DNA of 64,000 nucleotides from an uncultured bacterium (GTDB taxonomy: Bacteria; Fidelibacterota; Marinisomatia; Marinisomatales; JAHJCW01). Below are positions 27,409 through 35,999 of this stretch, piece after piece. The stretch lies in assembly GCA_964634215.1 (NCBI GenBank), contig CAZWKR010000006.1, positions 79,607 through 143,606 on the forward strand, read 5' to 3'. The translations under genes were made by a program, and so were the position numbers. The notes beneath the pieces are model-generated. The model did no database searches, was not told where the DNA came from, and worked only from the letters and a program-made list of their open reading frames with translations. Position 1 is the first letter of the stretch. Each line of letters starts with the position of its first letter.

Positions 27409-28380
27409 TTATTTTCCTAATGGTCGTTTCTTTATCATTCCACCTTTTGTATCCTTTATACTATTCATTATGATAAATGCATCAGGGTCAATTTTGTCAA
27501 TTTCCGTGCGTAGTCTTGCAATTTCTAATCTTGTGATAACAATATAAATAATGTCAATTTTTTTTAAGTTATCTCCTCGTTTCCCAAATCCGCCTTTACC
27601 TGAATAAACGGTAACCCCTCTTCCTAACTTTTCAGTAATCATTAACCTTATTTCTTCGCTCTCATCAGATATAATTGTTATACCGGTGTATTCTTCAATA
27701 CCTTCAATAACAAAATCGACAGTTTTTGAAGCAGCCATATATGTTAGAATTGCATATAAAGCAATTTCAACTGATAGGATGTAACCTGCGAATAAGAATA
27801 TAATAATGTTAAATATTAATATTATATCACCAATGGTCAGCCCTGTCTTTTTGCTCAAATAAATTGCTAATACTTCAGTTCCATCTATTACAGCGCCACC
27901 GCGAATTGCCATTCCTATTCCCGCTCCTAAGAAGAAACCGCCAAAAACAGCGATAAGTAATTTGTCTGTAGTAACTACAGGATAAGGTATGAAGTGAACA
28001 ACTAATGCAAGTCCAATTATTGCTAAAATACTTTTAATGGCAAATTGCTTTCCTATTTGCGAAGATCCAAGAATGAGAAATGGTAAATTGATTATCACAA
28101 TAAGAATGGATAATGATACACCGGTTATTTCTGCTGTTAATAGAGAAACACCCATTGCACCGCCATCAATAAACGAATTAGGTATTAAAAATCCTTTTAG
28201 TCCAAAACCAGCTGAAACAATACCAATTAAGATAAAAATAGTATCTCTGACAATATGAGTAATGCTAACTTTTAGAATTTCAACTTCGCTTGATAAGTTT
28301 CTATCATCGGTCTGTTTATTCTGTTTTTTAAATCGATGTTTCACTGTATCCGAAATTATTTGTTGAAAAAATGGATTCAT
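27409..28380 (-). CDS. YitT-family membrane protein (DUF2179 C-terminal domain)
   Basis: 323 aa. Multiple TM segments plus C-terminal 'LGRGVTVYSGKGGFG...IVITRLE'. Confidence 0.8.
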   Translation of the reverse strand: MNPFFQQIISDTVKHRFKKQNKQTDDRNLSSEVEILKVSITHIVRDTIFILIGIVSAGFGLKGFLIPNSFIDGGAMGVSLLTAEITGVSLSILIVIINLPFLILGSSQIGKQFAIKSILAIIGLALVVHFIPYPVVTTDKLLIAVFGGFFLGAGIGMAIRGGAVIDGTEVLAIYLSKKTGLTIGDIILIFNIIIFLFAGYILSVEIALYAILTYMAASKTVDFVIEGIEEYTGITIISDESEEIRLMITEKLGRGVTVYSGKGGFGKRGDNLKKIDIIYIVITRLEIARLRTEIDKIDPDAFIIMNSIKDTKGGMIKKRPLGK

Positions 28381-28445
28381 ATTGCTTGTTTTAAAATATT
28401 TATATCAATAGTACACAACCCAATAAATTTTACTTTATCACTGTT

Positions 28446-29492
28446 TTATACATAAATCCCAAATTTATCTTTTTCTACAATCTCCCCAATAACTACCGCT
28501 TTTATTTCTGATAATTCATTGAATTTAGTGATATACTTTTCTGCTTTTTCGGTAGGAATGGAAATAAGCAATCCGCCGGAAGTCTGAGCATCTGCTAGTA
28601 ATAGTTTATCTATGTCAGTCGGGTGCTCACCAAACTGAACTTTGTCTTTAACAAATTTCAAATTCCGCTTAGTTCCGCCCGGTACAATACCCTTTTCCGC
28701 AAGTTCTTTTACCGAAGGCAAAAATGGTAGTGCATGGTAGTCAATTTTGGCGGAAACACAGCTTGCTTCACACATTTCCGATAAATGCCCTAGCAAACCA
28801 AAACCGGTTACATCGGTGGCGGAATTCACGCCGATTATTGTCATTATATCAGCAGCAAATTTGTTAAGCGTAGCCATAGATTCAGCCGATTTTGCCATTG
28901 CAATTTTATCAGCAATTCCGCGTTTTACGGCTGTAGCAATTATTCCTGTACCAAGCGGTTTTGTGAGTATTAATTTATCGCCAGCTTGAGCGTTGCTGTT
29001 GGTTATCAAATTATCTTCTTCAACTTCACCGGTTACAACTAATCCGTATTTTGGCTCGGGGTCGTCAATGCTATGCCCACCAACAATTGAAATACCGGCT
29101 TCATCAGCTTTGTCAATGCCACCCTGTAAAATCTTTGATAAGTCCGATTTCGGTAAAGTATTTATCGGAAAACCGATTATGTTTAATGCAAATAGTGGAG
29201 TAGCTCCCATCGCATAAATATCCGATAAAGAATTAGCAGCTGCAATTTGACCAAATGTATACGGATCATCATCGATTGGCGTGAAAAAATCAACAGTTTG
29301 AACGAGCAATCTACCATTGCTTAGGCGTACCACTGCTGCGTCATCTTTATCATCATATCCGACGAGGATGCGGTCATCTTTTTTCGATTTTAGCTTACCC
29401 AAAACTTGAGCAAGGTCCTCAGGACCTATTTTACAAGCTCAACCGGAGCCGTGGGTAAGTGTCGTTAGTCGTATTTTTTCTTTTTTGTCCAT
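28446..29492 (-). CDS. selD: selenide, water dikinase SelD, selenocysteine-containing (UGA at 29439-29441)
   Basis: The track ORF starts at an internal TTG (29402). Upstream and in frame: ATG(29490-29492) MDKKEKIRLTTLTHGSG-U-ACKIGPEDLAQVLGKLKS.... This matches the SelD 'RLT....G(C/U)GCK' N-terminus. Also 'DFFTPIDDDPYTFGQIAAANSLSDIYAMGA'. Confidence 0.85.
29413..29427 (-). promoter_or_regulatory. candidate SECIS hairpin for selD UGA
   Basis: Minus-strand RNA AGGUCC-UGA-GGACCU begins 11 nt 3' of the UGA. A possible lower stem CUUG...CAAG flanks it. Confidence 0.45.
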
Positions 29493-29546
29493 AATTGATT
29501 AAATAATTAATATTGAATTTGCCGGAAAAATATCTGAAATAGCAAA

Positions 29547-30350
29547 CTATACGTTTTTAACGAGCTGTTTTATATCATCAATACTCGTGATCTTTTTATC
29601 CGCTAAATATTCAAGATGAATAGATTTGAAGATTGAACTTATTTGAATATTCTCCACATAATCTTTTAACGATATAGGAATATGATTCGTTTTATATATT
29701 AATAGGTCAAATGGAAAACTGACTTCAGTAGGTTTCAATGTGGATAACGTATACTGATTTTCGTATAATTCATTGCGTCGTAACTGAATTTTTTTAATGT
29801 CAATATCATCGTCAAAGTACCATGGCGAAACTACATCTGCAATTGATTTTAGATAATCATAGCCTTCCTGAAAATGTTCTAAAAAATAATTAGTGTATTT
29901 ACCATGTCCAAGATCTGAGTATAATGTTTCCTTAATCGATTTATTCATTTTTTCTAGATATAATTTCCACATTGTAAAATGTGAACGATATAAAAAATAT
30001 CCAAATGATGTTCGAAATGAATTTGGTGCTGTAAAAAATGATTTTACTTCATATGATTTTTTCTTTAATTCGTTTCTAAAGTCATTGGGAAATAAATGAA
30101 TTGAAAATGGAATTACTGATATGTCATTTTTTATAAAATCAGATGGTATATCCAATTCTTGAATATTTAAAGTATATAATCTTTCCAATCCGCCAATCTT
30201 TAATTCTATAAAAGCTCCCATATCGCTTATTTTAATTAGATTATTAAGCGCTTTATCAAATGCCGGAAGGGTAGTAATTGATGGTATACTTGCGTGCTTG
30301 GAAAGCTCAGGGAATAGGGCAATTTGTCTAGGGTCTGTTTGCTCTTGCAT
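29547..30350 (-). CDS. hypothetical protein, no recognisable domain
   Basis: 267-aa ORF with no competing ORF of similar size. 54 nt upstream of selD on the same strand. No motif recognised. Confidence 0.5.
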   Translation of the reverse strand: MQEQTDPRQIALFPELSKHASIPSITTLPAFDKALNNLIKISDMGAFIELKIGGLERLYTLNIQELDIPSDFIKNDISVIPFSIHLFPNDFRNELKKKSYEVKSFFTAPNSFRTSFGYFLYRSHFTMWKLYLEKMNKSIKETLYSDLGHGKYTNYFLEHFQEGYDYLKSIADVVSPWYFDDDIDIKKIQLRRNELYENQYTLSTLKPTEVSFPFDLLIYKTNHIPISLKDYVENIQISSIFKSIHLEYLADKKITSIDDIKQLVKNV

Positions 30351-30639
30351 AACGTCCTCCTGTCAAATATTACGGAAAAAGTAAATAATCTAAAAGATTA
30401 AAACGAATACTGGAAAATGGAACAAAATGATTAAAATATATTTAAAATTTTAATGAACTTTATAAATATCAATTTAAATCATGTTCATTCATTGCTTTGC
30501 GCAAATTTTACTTAGTAACTTTCTGTTTATTATGGATACAAATAAGTGATACTTACTAATTACAATTTTACATTACAGCGATGTTCAAACCCGATAATTC
30601 GGAAATATTTTACTTAATAAATAATTACACGAGATTTAA

Positions 30640-32487
30640 GTGCCCAAAACAAAAATTAAACACGTAGACCATGTAGTAATTCGTTTTGCAGGAGATTCCG
30701 GTGATGGAATGCAATTAACCGGTTCACGCTTTACTGAATCTACAGCGATATTTGGAAATGATCTTAGCACCTTACCTGACTATCCTGCGGAAATACGTGC
30801 ACCAGCCGGTTCATTGGCGGGTGTAAGTGTTTTTCAATTACATTTTAGTTCAAAAGATATACATACTCCTGGTGATCAACCGGATGTATTAGTGGCAATG
30901 AATCCGGCAGCTCTTAAAGGTCATTTAGCCGATTTGGAACCCCATGGAATAATTATCGCAAATAAGGATGCGTTTAGCAAAAAAAACTTACATTTAGCTG
31001 GTTATGAATCAAATCCATTAGAAGATGGCTCGTTGGAAGATGAGTATGAAGTTCATTCCATTAGAATGACAAACTTAGTTACCAAAGCATGCAAAAATAT
31101 TGATCTCTCCTCAAAAGATGTTGAAAGAACTAAGAATATGTTTGCTCTAGGTCTCTTATTTTGGATGTACAACCGGAGCACCGATTCTACGATACAATGG
31201 TTGCAGAAAAAATTTAAAACTAAACCGGCGATTGCAGAGGCAAATATACGTGCTTTAAATGCCGGTTATAATTACGGTAATACAACTGAAATATTTACCG
31301 TACGTTATACTGTTGAAAAGGCAACTTTACCATCAGGTAAATATCGCAACATTAATGGTAATTATGCGATTAGTTTAGGATTGCTAGCTGCATCTGAGAA
31401 ATCGGGATTACCACTCTTTTTTGGTGGATATCCGATTACTCCTGCTACAGAAATATTACATTTTTTAGCTGGCTACAGAAATTTTGGTGTAAAAACATTC
31501 CAAGCAGAGGACGAGATTGCCGGTGTCTCCGCCGCAATTGGCGCTTCTTTTACCGGTAATTTAGCTTGCACAGCAACCTCAGGACCGGGAATGGCGCTAA
31601 AAACTGAAGCGATTGGTCTAGCTATAATGTCTGAATTACCGTTGGTTATAGTCAATGTTCAACGTGGTGGACCAAGTACCGGCCTGCCAACTAAGACAGA
31701 GCAATCCGATCTTTTCCAAGCAGTTATGGGAAGAAATGCTGATGCACCATTACCTGTTATTGCTCCATCTACGCCCGGAGATTGTTTCTATGCAGCATTT
31801 GAAGCAAGTCAGATTGCAATTAAATATATGACTCCTGTTATTGTTCTTTCGGATGGATATCTTGCCAATGGTTCTGAACCGTGGCCAATACCCAAAATAG
31901 ATGAGTTACCTAAAATTGATGTAAAATTCGAAACCATGTATAATGGAAAGGATAAATATCTACCGTATCAAAGGGATAAGCAAACTTTAGCTCGTCCATG
32001 GGCAATCCCGGGAACTCCCAATCTCGAACATCGCTTAGGCGGCTTAGAGAAAGAAGATGTTACAGGCGATGTTAATTATGAAGCCGACAATCATCATTTA
32101 ATGACGACACTTAGAGCACAAAAAATAAAAAATATTGCCAATGATTATCCTCCAACAAAAGTATTCGGAAAAGATAACGGAGATATGCTGATTCTAACTT
32201 GGGGAAGCACATTTGGTCCCGGTCGTGTTGCTACTGAGAGATTGCACAAAGAAAATCTTAAAGTAAGTCATGTCCATTTACGGTATATGAATCCGCTACC
32301 AATTGATTTGGGTGGAATTTTAAAAAAGTTTAAACATATTCTAATTCCAGAAATAAATACTGGCCAACTTAGTACTATAATTAGAGCTAAGTATTTAGTA
32401 GATGCCGAAGGTCTAAATATAGTAAGGGGTCGCCCGATTCGAGCAAGTGTGATCGTTAATCGTGTCAAGAAAACTTTAGGAATATAA
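30640..32487 (+). CDS. korA: 2-oxoglutarate:ferredoxin oxidoreductase alpha subunit (fused gamma-alpha, two-subunit type)
   Basis: 615 aa with a GTG start. 'VIRFAGDSGDGMQLTG', 'GGYPITPATE', 'VNVQRGGPSTGLPTKTEQSDL'. Confidence 0.9.
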   Translation: MPKTKIKHVDHVVIRFAGDSGDGMQLTGSRFTESTAIFGNDLSTLPDYPAEIRAPAGSLAGVSVFQLHFSSKDIHTPGDQPDVLVAMNPAALKGHLADLEPHGIIIANKDAFSKKNLHLAGYESNPLEDGSLEDEYEVHSIRMTNLVTKACKNIDLSSKDVERTKNMFALGLLFWMYNRSTDSTIQWLQKKFKTKPAIAEANIRALNAGYNYGNTTEIFTVRYTVEKATLPSGKYRNINGNYAISLGLLAASEKSGLPLFFGGYPITPATEILHFLAGYRNFGVKTFQAEDEIAGVSAAIGASFTGNLACTATSGPGMALKTEAIGLAIMSELPLVIVNVQRGGPSTGLPTKTEQSDLFQAVMGRNADAPLPVIAPSTPGDCFYAAFEASQIAIKYMTPVIVLSDGYLANGSEPWPIPKIDELPKIDVKFETMYNGKDKYLPYQRDKQTLARPWAIPGTPNLEHRLGGLEKEDVTGDVNYEADNHHLMTTLRAQKIKNIANDYPPTKVFGKDNGDMLILTWGSTFGPGRVATERLHKENLKVSHVHLRYMNPLPIDLGGILKKFKHILIPEINTGQLSTIIRAKYLVDAEGLNIVRGRPIRASVIVNRVKKTLGI

Positions 32488-33519
32488 ATGGCTGATATTA
32501 AAAATGTTAAATCTCTAGATTTAAATCGTATGGACTTTGTAACAGACCAAACTGTAAAATGGTGTCCGGGTTGTGGAGATTATTCAATCTTAAAACAAAC
32601 TCAGCGAATATTACCTGATCTGGGCATACCAAAGGAAAATTTTGTATTTATTAGTGGTATAGGTTGTTCAAGTAGATTTCCATATTATATGAATACTTAC
32701 GGTTTTCATACAATTCATGGTCGGGCAGCTGCAATTGCTTCAGGAGCGAAACTCGCTAATCCTGATTTATCCGTTTGGATAGTTACAGGTGATGGAGATG
32801 CCTTATCAATCGGTGGAAATCATACAATTCATTTAATGCGCAGGAATCTTGATATAAACATTTTATTGTTTAATAATAGAATTTATGGCTTAACAAAAGG
32901 TCAATATTCACCAACATCTGAATTAGGAAAAGTAACTAAATCAACACCAATGGGTTCTTTGGATAGACCGTTTAATCCAACGTCATTAGCGTTAGGTTCT
33001 CAAGCAACCTTTGTAGCGCGTACTATTGATCGTAATCCAAAACATATTCAATCAATTTTGAAAAGGGCTCATCAACATTATGGTACTTCCTTTGTCGAAA
33101 TTTATCAAAATTGCGTGATTTTTAATGATGGTGCATTTGATGACCTTACAAACAAGAAAATATTGTCAGACAATATTATACAGCTGGAGCATGGTCAACC
33201 AATGATGTTTGGTAAAAATCATAATCTTGGAATACACCTTGATTGTAACGTTCCAAAAATCATTGATCTGGATAAGGACAATAATGTAAGCATCGATGAT
33301 ATTCTTGTACATGATGAGAAAGATATTGTTATTGCATCACTGTTAAGTGCTTTTACTTATCATGAGTATTTTCCAACACCTGTTGGAATAATTTATGCTG
33401 TTGATGAACCTGTTTATGAAGATTTACTGCGAGATCAAATTAAATTAGCAATAGAGAAACAAGGAAAGGGTGATATTCAAGCACTTCTAGGTTCGGGAAA
33501 TACCTGGGAAGTAAAATAA
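32488..33519 (+). CDS. korB: 2-oxoglutarate:ferredoxin oxidoreductase beta subunit
   Basis: 343 aa. 'WCPGCGDYSIL', 'GIGCSSRFPYY', 'TGDGDALSIGGNH'. The start abuts the korA stop. Confidence 0.9.
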   Translation: MADIKNVKSLDLNRMDFVTDQTVKWCPGCGDYSILKQTQRILPDLGIPKENFVFISGIGCSSRFPYYMNTYGFHTIHGRAAAIASGAKLANPDLSVWIVTGDGDALSIGGNHTIHLMRRNLDINILLFNNRIYGLTKGQYSPTSELGKVTKSTPMGSLDRPFNPTSLALGSQATFVARTIDRNPKHIQSILKRAHQHYGTSFVEIYQNCVIFNDGAFDDLTNKKILSDNIIQLEHGQPMMFGKNHNLGIHLDCNVPKIIDLDKDNNVSIDDILVHDEKDIVIASLLSAFTYHEYFPTPVGIIYAVDEPVYEDLLRDQIKLAIEKQGKGDIQALLGSGNTWEVK

Positions 33520-33539
33520 TTATTATATTGGAGTAAATA

Positions 33540-34427
33540 ATGAGTTTCAAATTAGATGTAGATCGTTTTCGTGATTCAGTAGCTGAATTGATCCGCAAAG
33601 CATCCACACAACTACCTGCAGACGTAACGGAAGCTATGGAAGATGCAAGAGACAATGAAGAGAAGGGAAGTCCGGCAAAATCTGTATTGGACTACATGCT
33701 GAAAAATGCCGACGCTGCTAACGCAAATAGTACACCAATCTGTCAGGATACAGGAACAAATATATATTTTATCACGATTCCCGAAGGAGTATCGCTTAGA
33801 AAAATTGAGTCTGCAATTGTAGATGCAACTCGTATTGCCACCAGTAATGCTTACCTACGCCCAAATGCAGTTGATTCTATTACCGGAAAGAATTCAGGTG
33901 ATAATACAGGAGTAATGGCACCTTACTACCATTATGAAGAATGGGATGAACCAACTATCAAGGTTGAGTTAATGTTAAAAGGCGGTGGATGTGAAAATGT
34001 TTCTGATCAATATAAATTACCGGATAGTCGATTAAAAGCAGGTCGTGATATAGATGGTGTATATAAATGTATTATTGATGCAATTAACAATGCTCAGGGG
34101 TTAGGTTGTGCACCTGGAGTTGCGGGCATCGGCATCGGCGGAGATAGAGCCTCAGGAATGATCATCGCTAAAAAACAACTCTTCCGAAAATTAAATGACA
34201 CAAATTCTGATCTGAAATTGAAAGAATTGGAGAACAGGTTATATACTGACTTAAATAAATTAGGAATTGGTCCAATGGGATTCGGTGGATTAACTACTGT
34301 GTTGGGAGTCAAGGTCGGAACAGCGCATCGATTACCGGCATCATTTTTTGTATCTTTAGCCTATTCATGTTGGGCAGACCGGCGTTGTACAATGAAATAT
34401 ACAGAAAGCGAGGTAAGCTATGATTAA
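33540..34427 (+). CDS. class I (Fe-S) fumarate hydratase, alpha subunit
   Basis: 295 aa. 'PICQDTGTNIYF', 'KGGGCEN', 'GCAPGVAGIGIGGD'. Confidence 0.9.
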   Translation: MSFKLDVDRFRDSVAELIRKASTQLPADVTEAMEDARDNEEKGSPAKSVLDYMLKNADAANANSTPICQDTGTNIYFITIPEGVSLRKIESAIVDATRIATSNAYLRPNAVDSITGKNSGDNTGVMAPYYHYEEWDEPTIKVELMLKGGGCENVSDQYKLPDSRLKAGRDIDGVYKCIIDAINNAQGLGCAPGVAGIGIGGDRASGMIIAKKQLFRKLNDTNSDLKLKELENRLYTDLNKLGIGPMGFGGLTTVLGVKVGTAHRLPASFFVSLAYSCWADRRCTMKYTESEVSYD

Positions 34428-34998
34428 GATTAATTTACCTGTCAGTGAAGCTGATATCAGAAAATTAAAAATGGGCGATGAAGTTTCTTTAAATGGAATT
34501 ATGCTAACCGGACGGGATGCAGCTCATTCCTGGATGTTCAAAGATAAACCCAACGAAGTACGGGAATTATTGAAAGATACTGTGATCTATCATTGCGGAC
34601 CTGTTGTAAAAAAAGTAGATGATGAGTGGCATTTTGTAGCTGCGGGACCAACTACTTCTATTCGCGAAGAACCGTATGAAGGTCAGGTTATCAAAGAATA
34701 CGGAATACGCGGTGTGATGGGTAAAGGCGGCATGGGAGAAAAAACATTGCAAGCACTTGGCGAGAACGGATCAGTCTATTTCCATGCAGTTGGTGGTGCC
34801 GCTACTTTGCAAGGGCAAGCTGTTAAAAAAGTTCATGGTGTAATAAAATTGGAAGAATTTGGAGTACCGGAAGCATTGTGGATAATCGAAGTTGAAGATT
34901 TTCAAGCGGTTGTTACAATGGATTCACATGGAAATTCCTTACATAAAGAAATAAAAGCAGCCTCAGATAAAATAGCTGACAAATTGATTGGGATATAA
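34420..34998 (+). CDS. class I fumarate hydratase, beta subunit
   Basis: 192 aa. 'LNGIMLTGRDAAH', 'IYHCGPV', 'GPTTSIREE', 'GKGGMG'. Overlaps the alpha gene by 8 nt. Confidence 0.9.
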   Translation: MIKINLPVSEADIRKLKMGDEVSLNGIMLTGRDAAHSWMFKDKPNEVRELLKDTVIYHCGPVVKKVDDEWHFVAAGPTTSIREEPYEGQVIKEYGIRGVMGKGGMGEKTLQALGENGSVYFHAVGGAATLQGQAVKKVHGVIKLEEFGVPEALWIIEVEDFQAVVTMDSHGNSLHKEIKAASDKIADKLIGI

Positions 34999-35064
34999 AA
35001 TTTCTTAAATTGTTTTCTGTAGTTTTAGAGTGACAAGTATTCATTAATTGCACTCTATTAAGAA

Positions 35065-35280
35065 TTATTTGTTTGATTTCCATCTAGCGGCATCTATAAT
35101 TGACCACAAGTGGATGATCCATCCTAATAGAATTATCCATAGAACTGCTGCTAAACAGAAATGAATTATTGCCATTAGTAATCTTCCCTGCAACAATTGC
35201 CCTAACCCTGGTATGAAAAAGCTAGCCAATGCCGCTAAAACATTTCCTCCTGATCCTTGTCCAGTCATATTGAACTCCAA
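35065..35280 (-). CDS. small TM2-like membrane protein
   Basis: 71 aa with two TM segments; 'FFIPGLGQLLQGR' motif. Confidence 0.5.
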   Translation of the reverse strand: MEFNMTGQGSGGNVLAALASFFIPGLGQLLQGRLLMAIIHFCLAAVLWIILLGWIIHLWSIIDAARWKSNK

Positions 35281-35320
35281 TATATGTTTCTATTAGTGTA
35301 GTAAGTTATTATATAAAGTA

Positions 35321-35779
35321 CTATAATGTAGACAAAAATTCCCTTTGTTGCTCGTTTAAAATCTCGCGTGTGTTGTAGATACAATTAAGATGAATCTTAG
35401 TTGCCTCAGTTTTCAATTTGGATATGGCATGAATTAGTGGGTTTAGTTCATCTGGAGTCTTACCAATAAAAATACCATCCTTTATCTGTTCATGAAGTGT
35501 TGTAACCTGAGGACCAAGATTTTTAACACCGGCAATAGTCTCTTTTCTGACAACAAGTAGTTTAGTTTTTTGATCCTCTGTGAGATTTAATGTTGGATTG
35601 TCCCATTCTTGCTTAACTACTTTTGTTAAGTGTGGAAGTCCGGTTGTAATCAAAAATGTAGATTCTTGGGCTTGTTGGTCATCACCTGCCGAGTGATTTT
35701 GTTCCTGTGCTACCAGGTTGAAATTTGATAACAAAAATATTAATATTAAAACGCCAAGATGTGGATTCAATTTTATCAT
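35321..35779 (-). CDS. periplasmic Spy/CpxP-family (LTxxQ) protein
   Basis: 152 aa. Signal peptide, and motifs 'LTEDQKTKL' and 'LNEQQREFL'. Confidence 0.55.
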   Translation of the reverse strand: MIKLNPHLGVLILIFLLSNFNLVAQEQNHSAGDDQQAQESTFLITTGLPHLTKVVKQEWDNPTLNLTEDQKTKLLVVRKETIAGVKNLGPQVTTLHEQIKDGIFIGKTPDELNPLIHAISKLKTEATKIHLNCIYNTREILNEQQREFLSTL

Positions 35780-35999
35780 TTTAATGTCCTTGTGTTAATT
35801 TATGAAGTTACTGATTGAAAAATTCTAATACTTAACGTTTGAACTTGCAGAGAGTTTCCAAATATAAAAAGTCGAATACTGTTTCCACTTAAGTTGCGAA
35901 TGAATTATCGGCAATTTGTAGATTCAAAAACAATAAATTTGGAACTAAATTATCGGGATGTTATTTCACTATATATAACTGGTAGCACCCGAAAATTTT

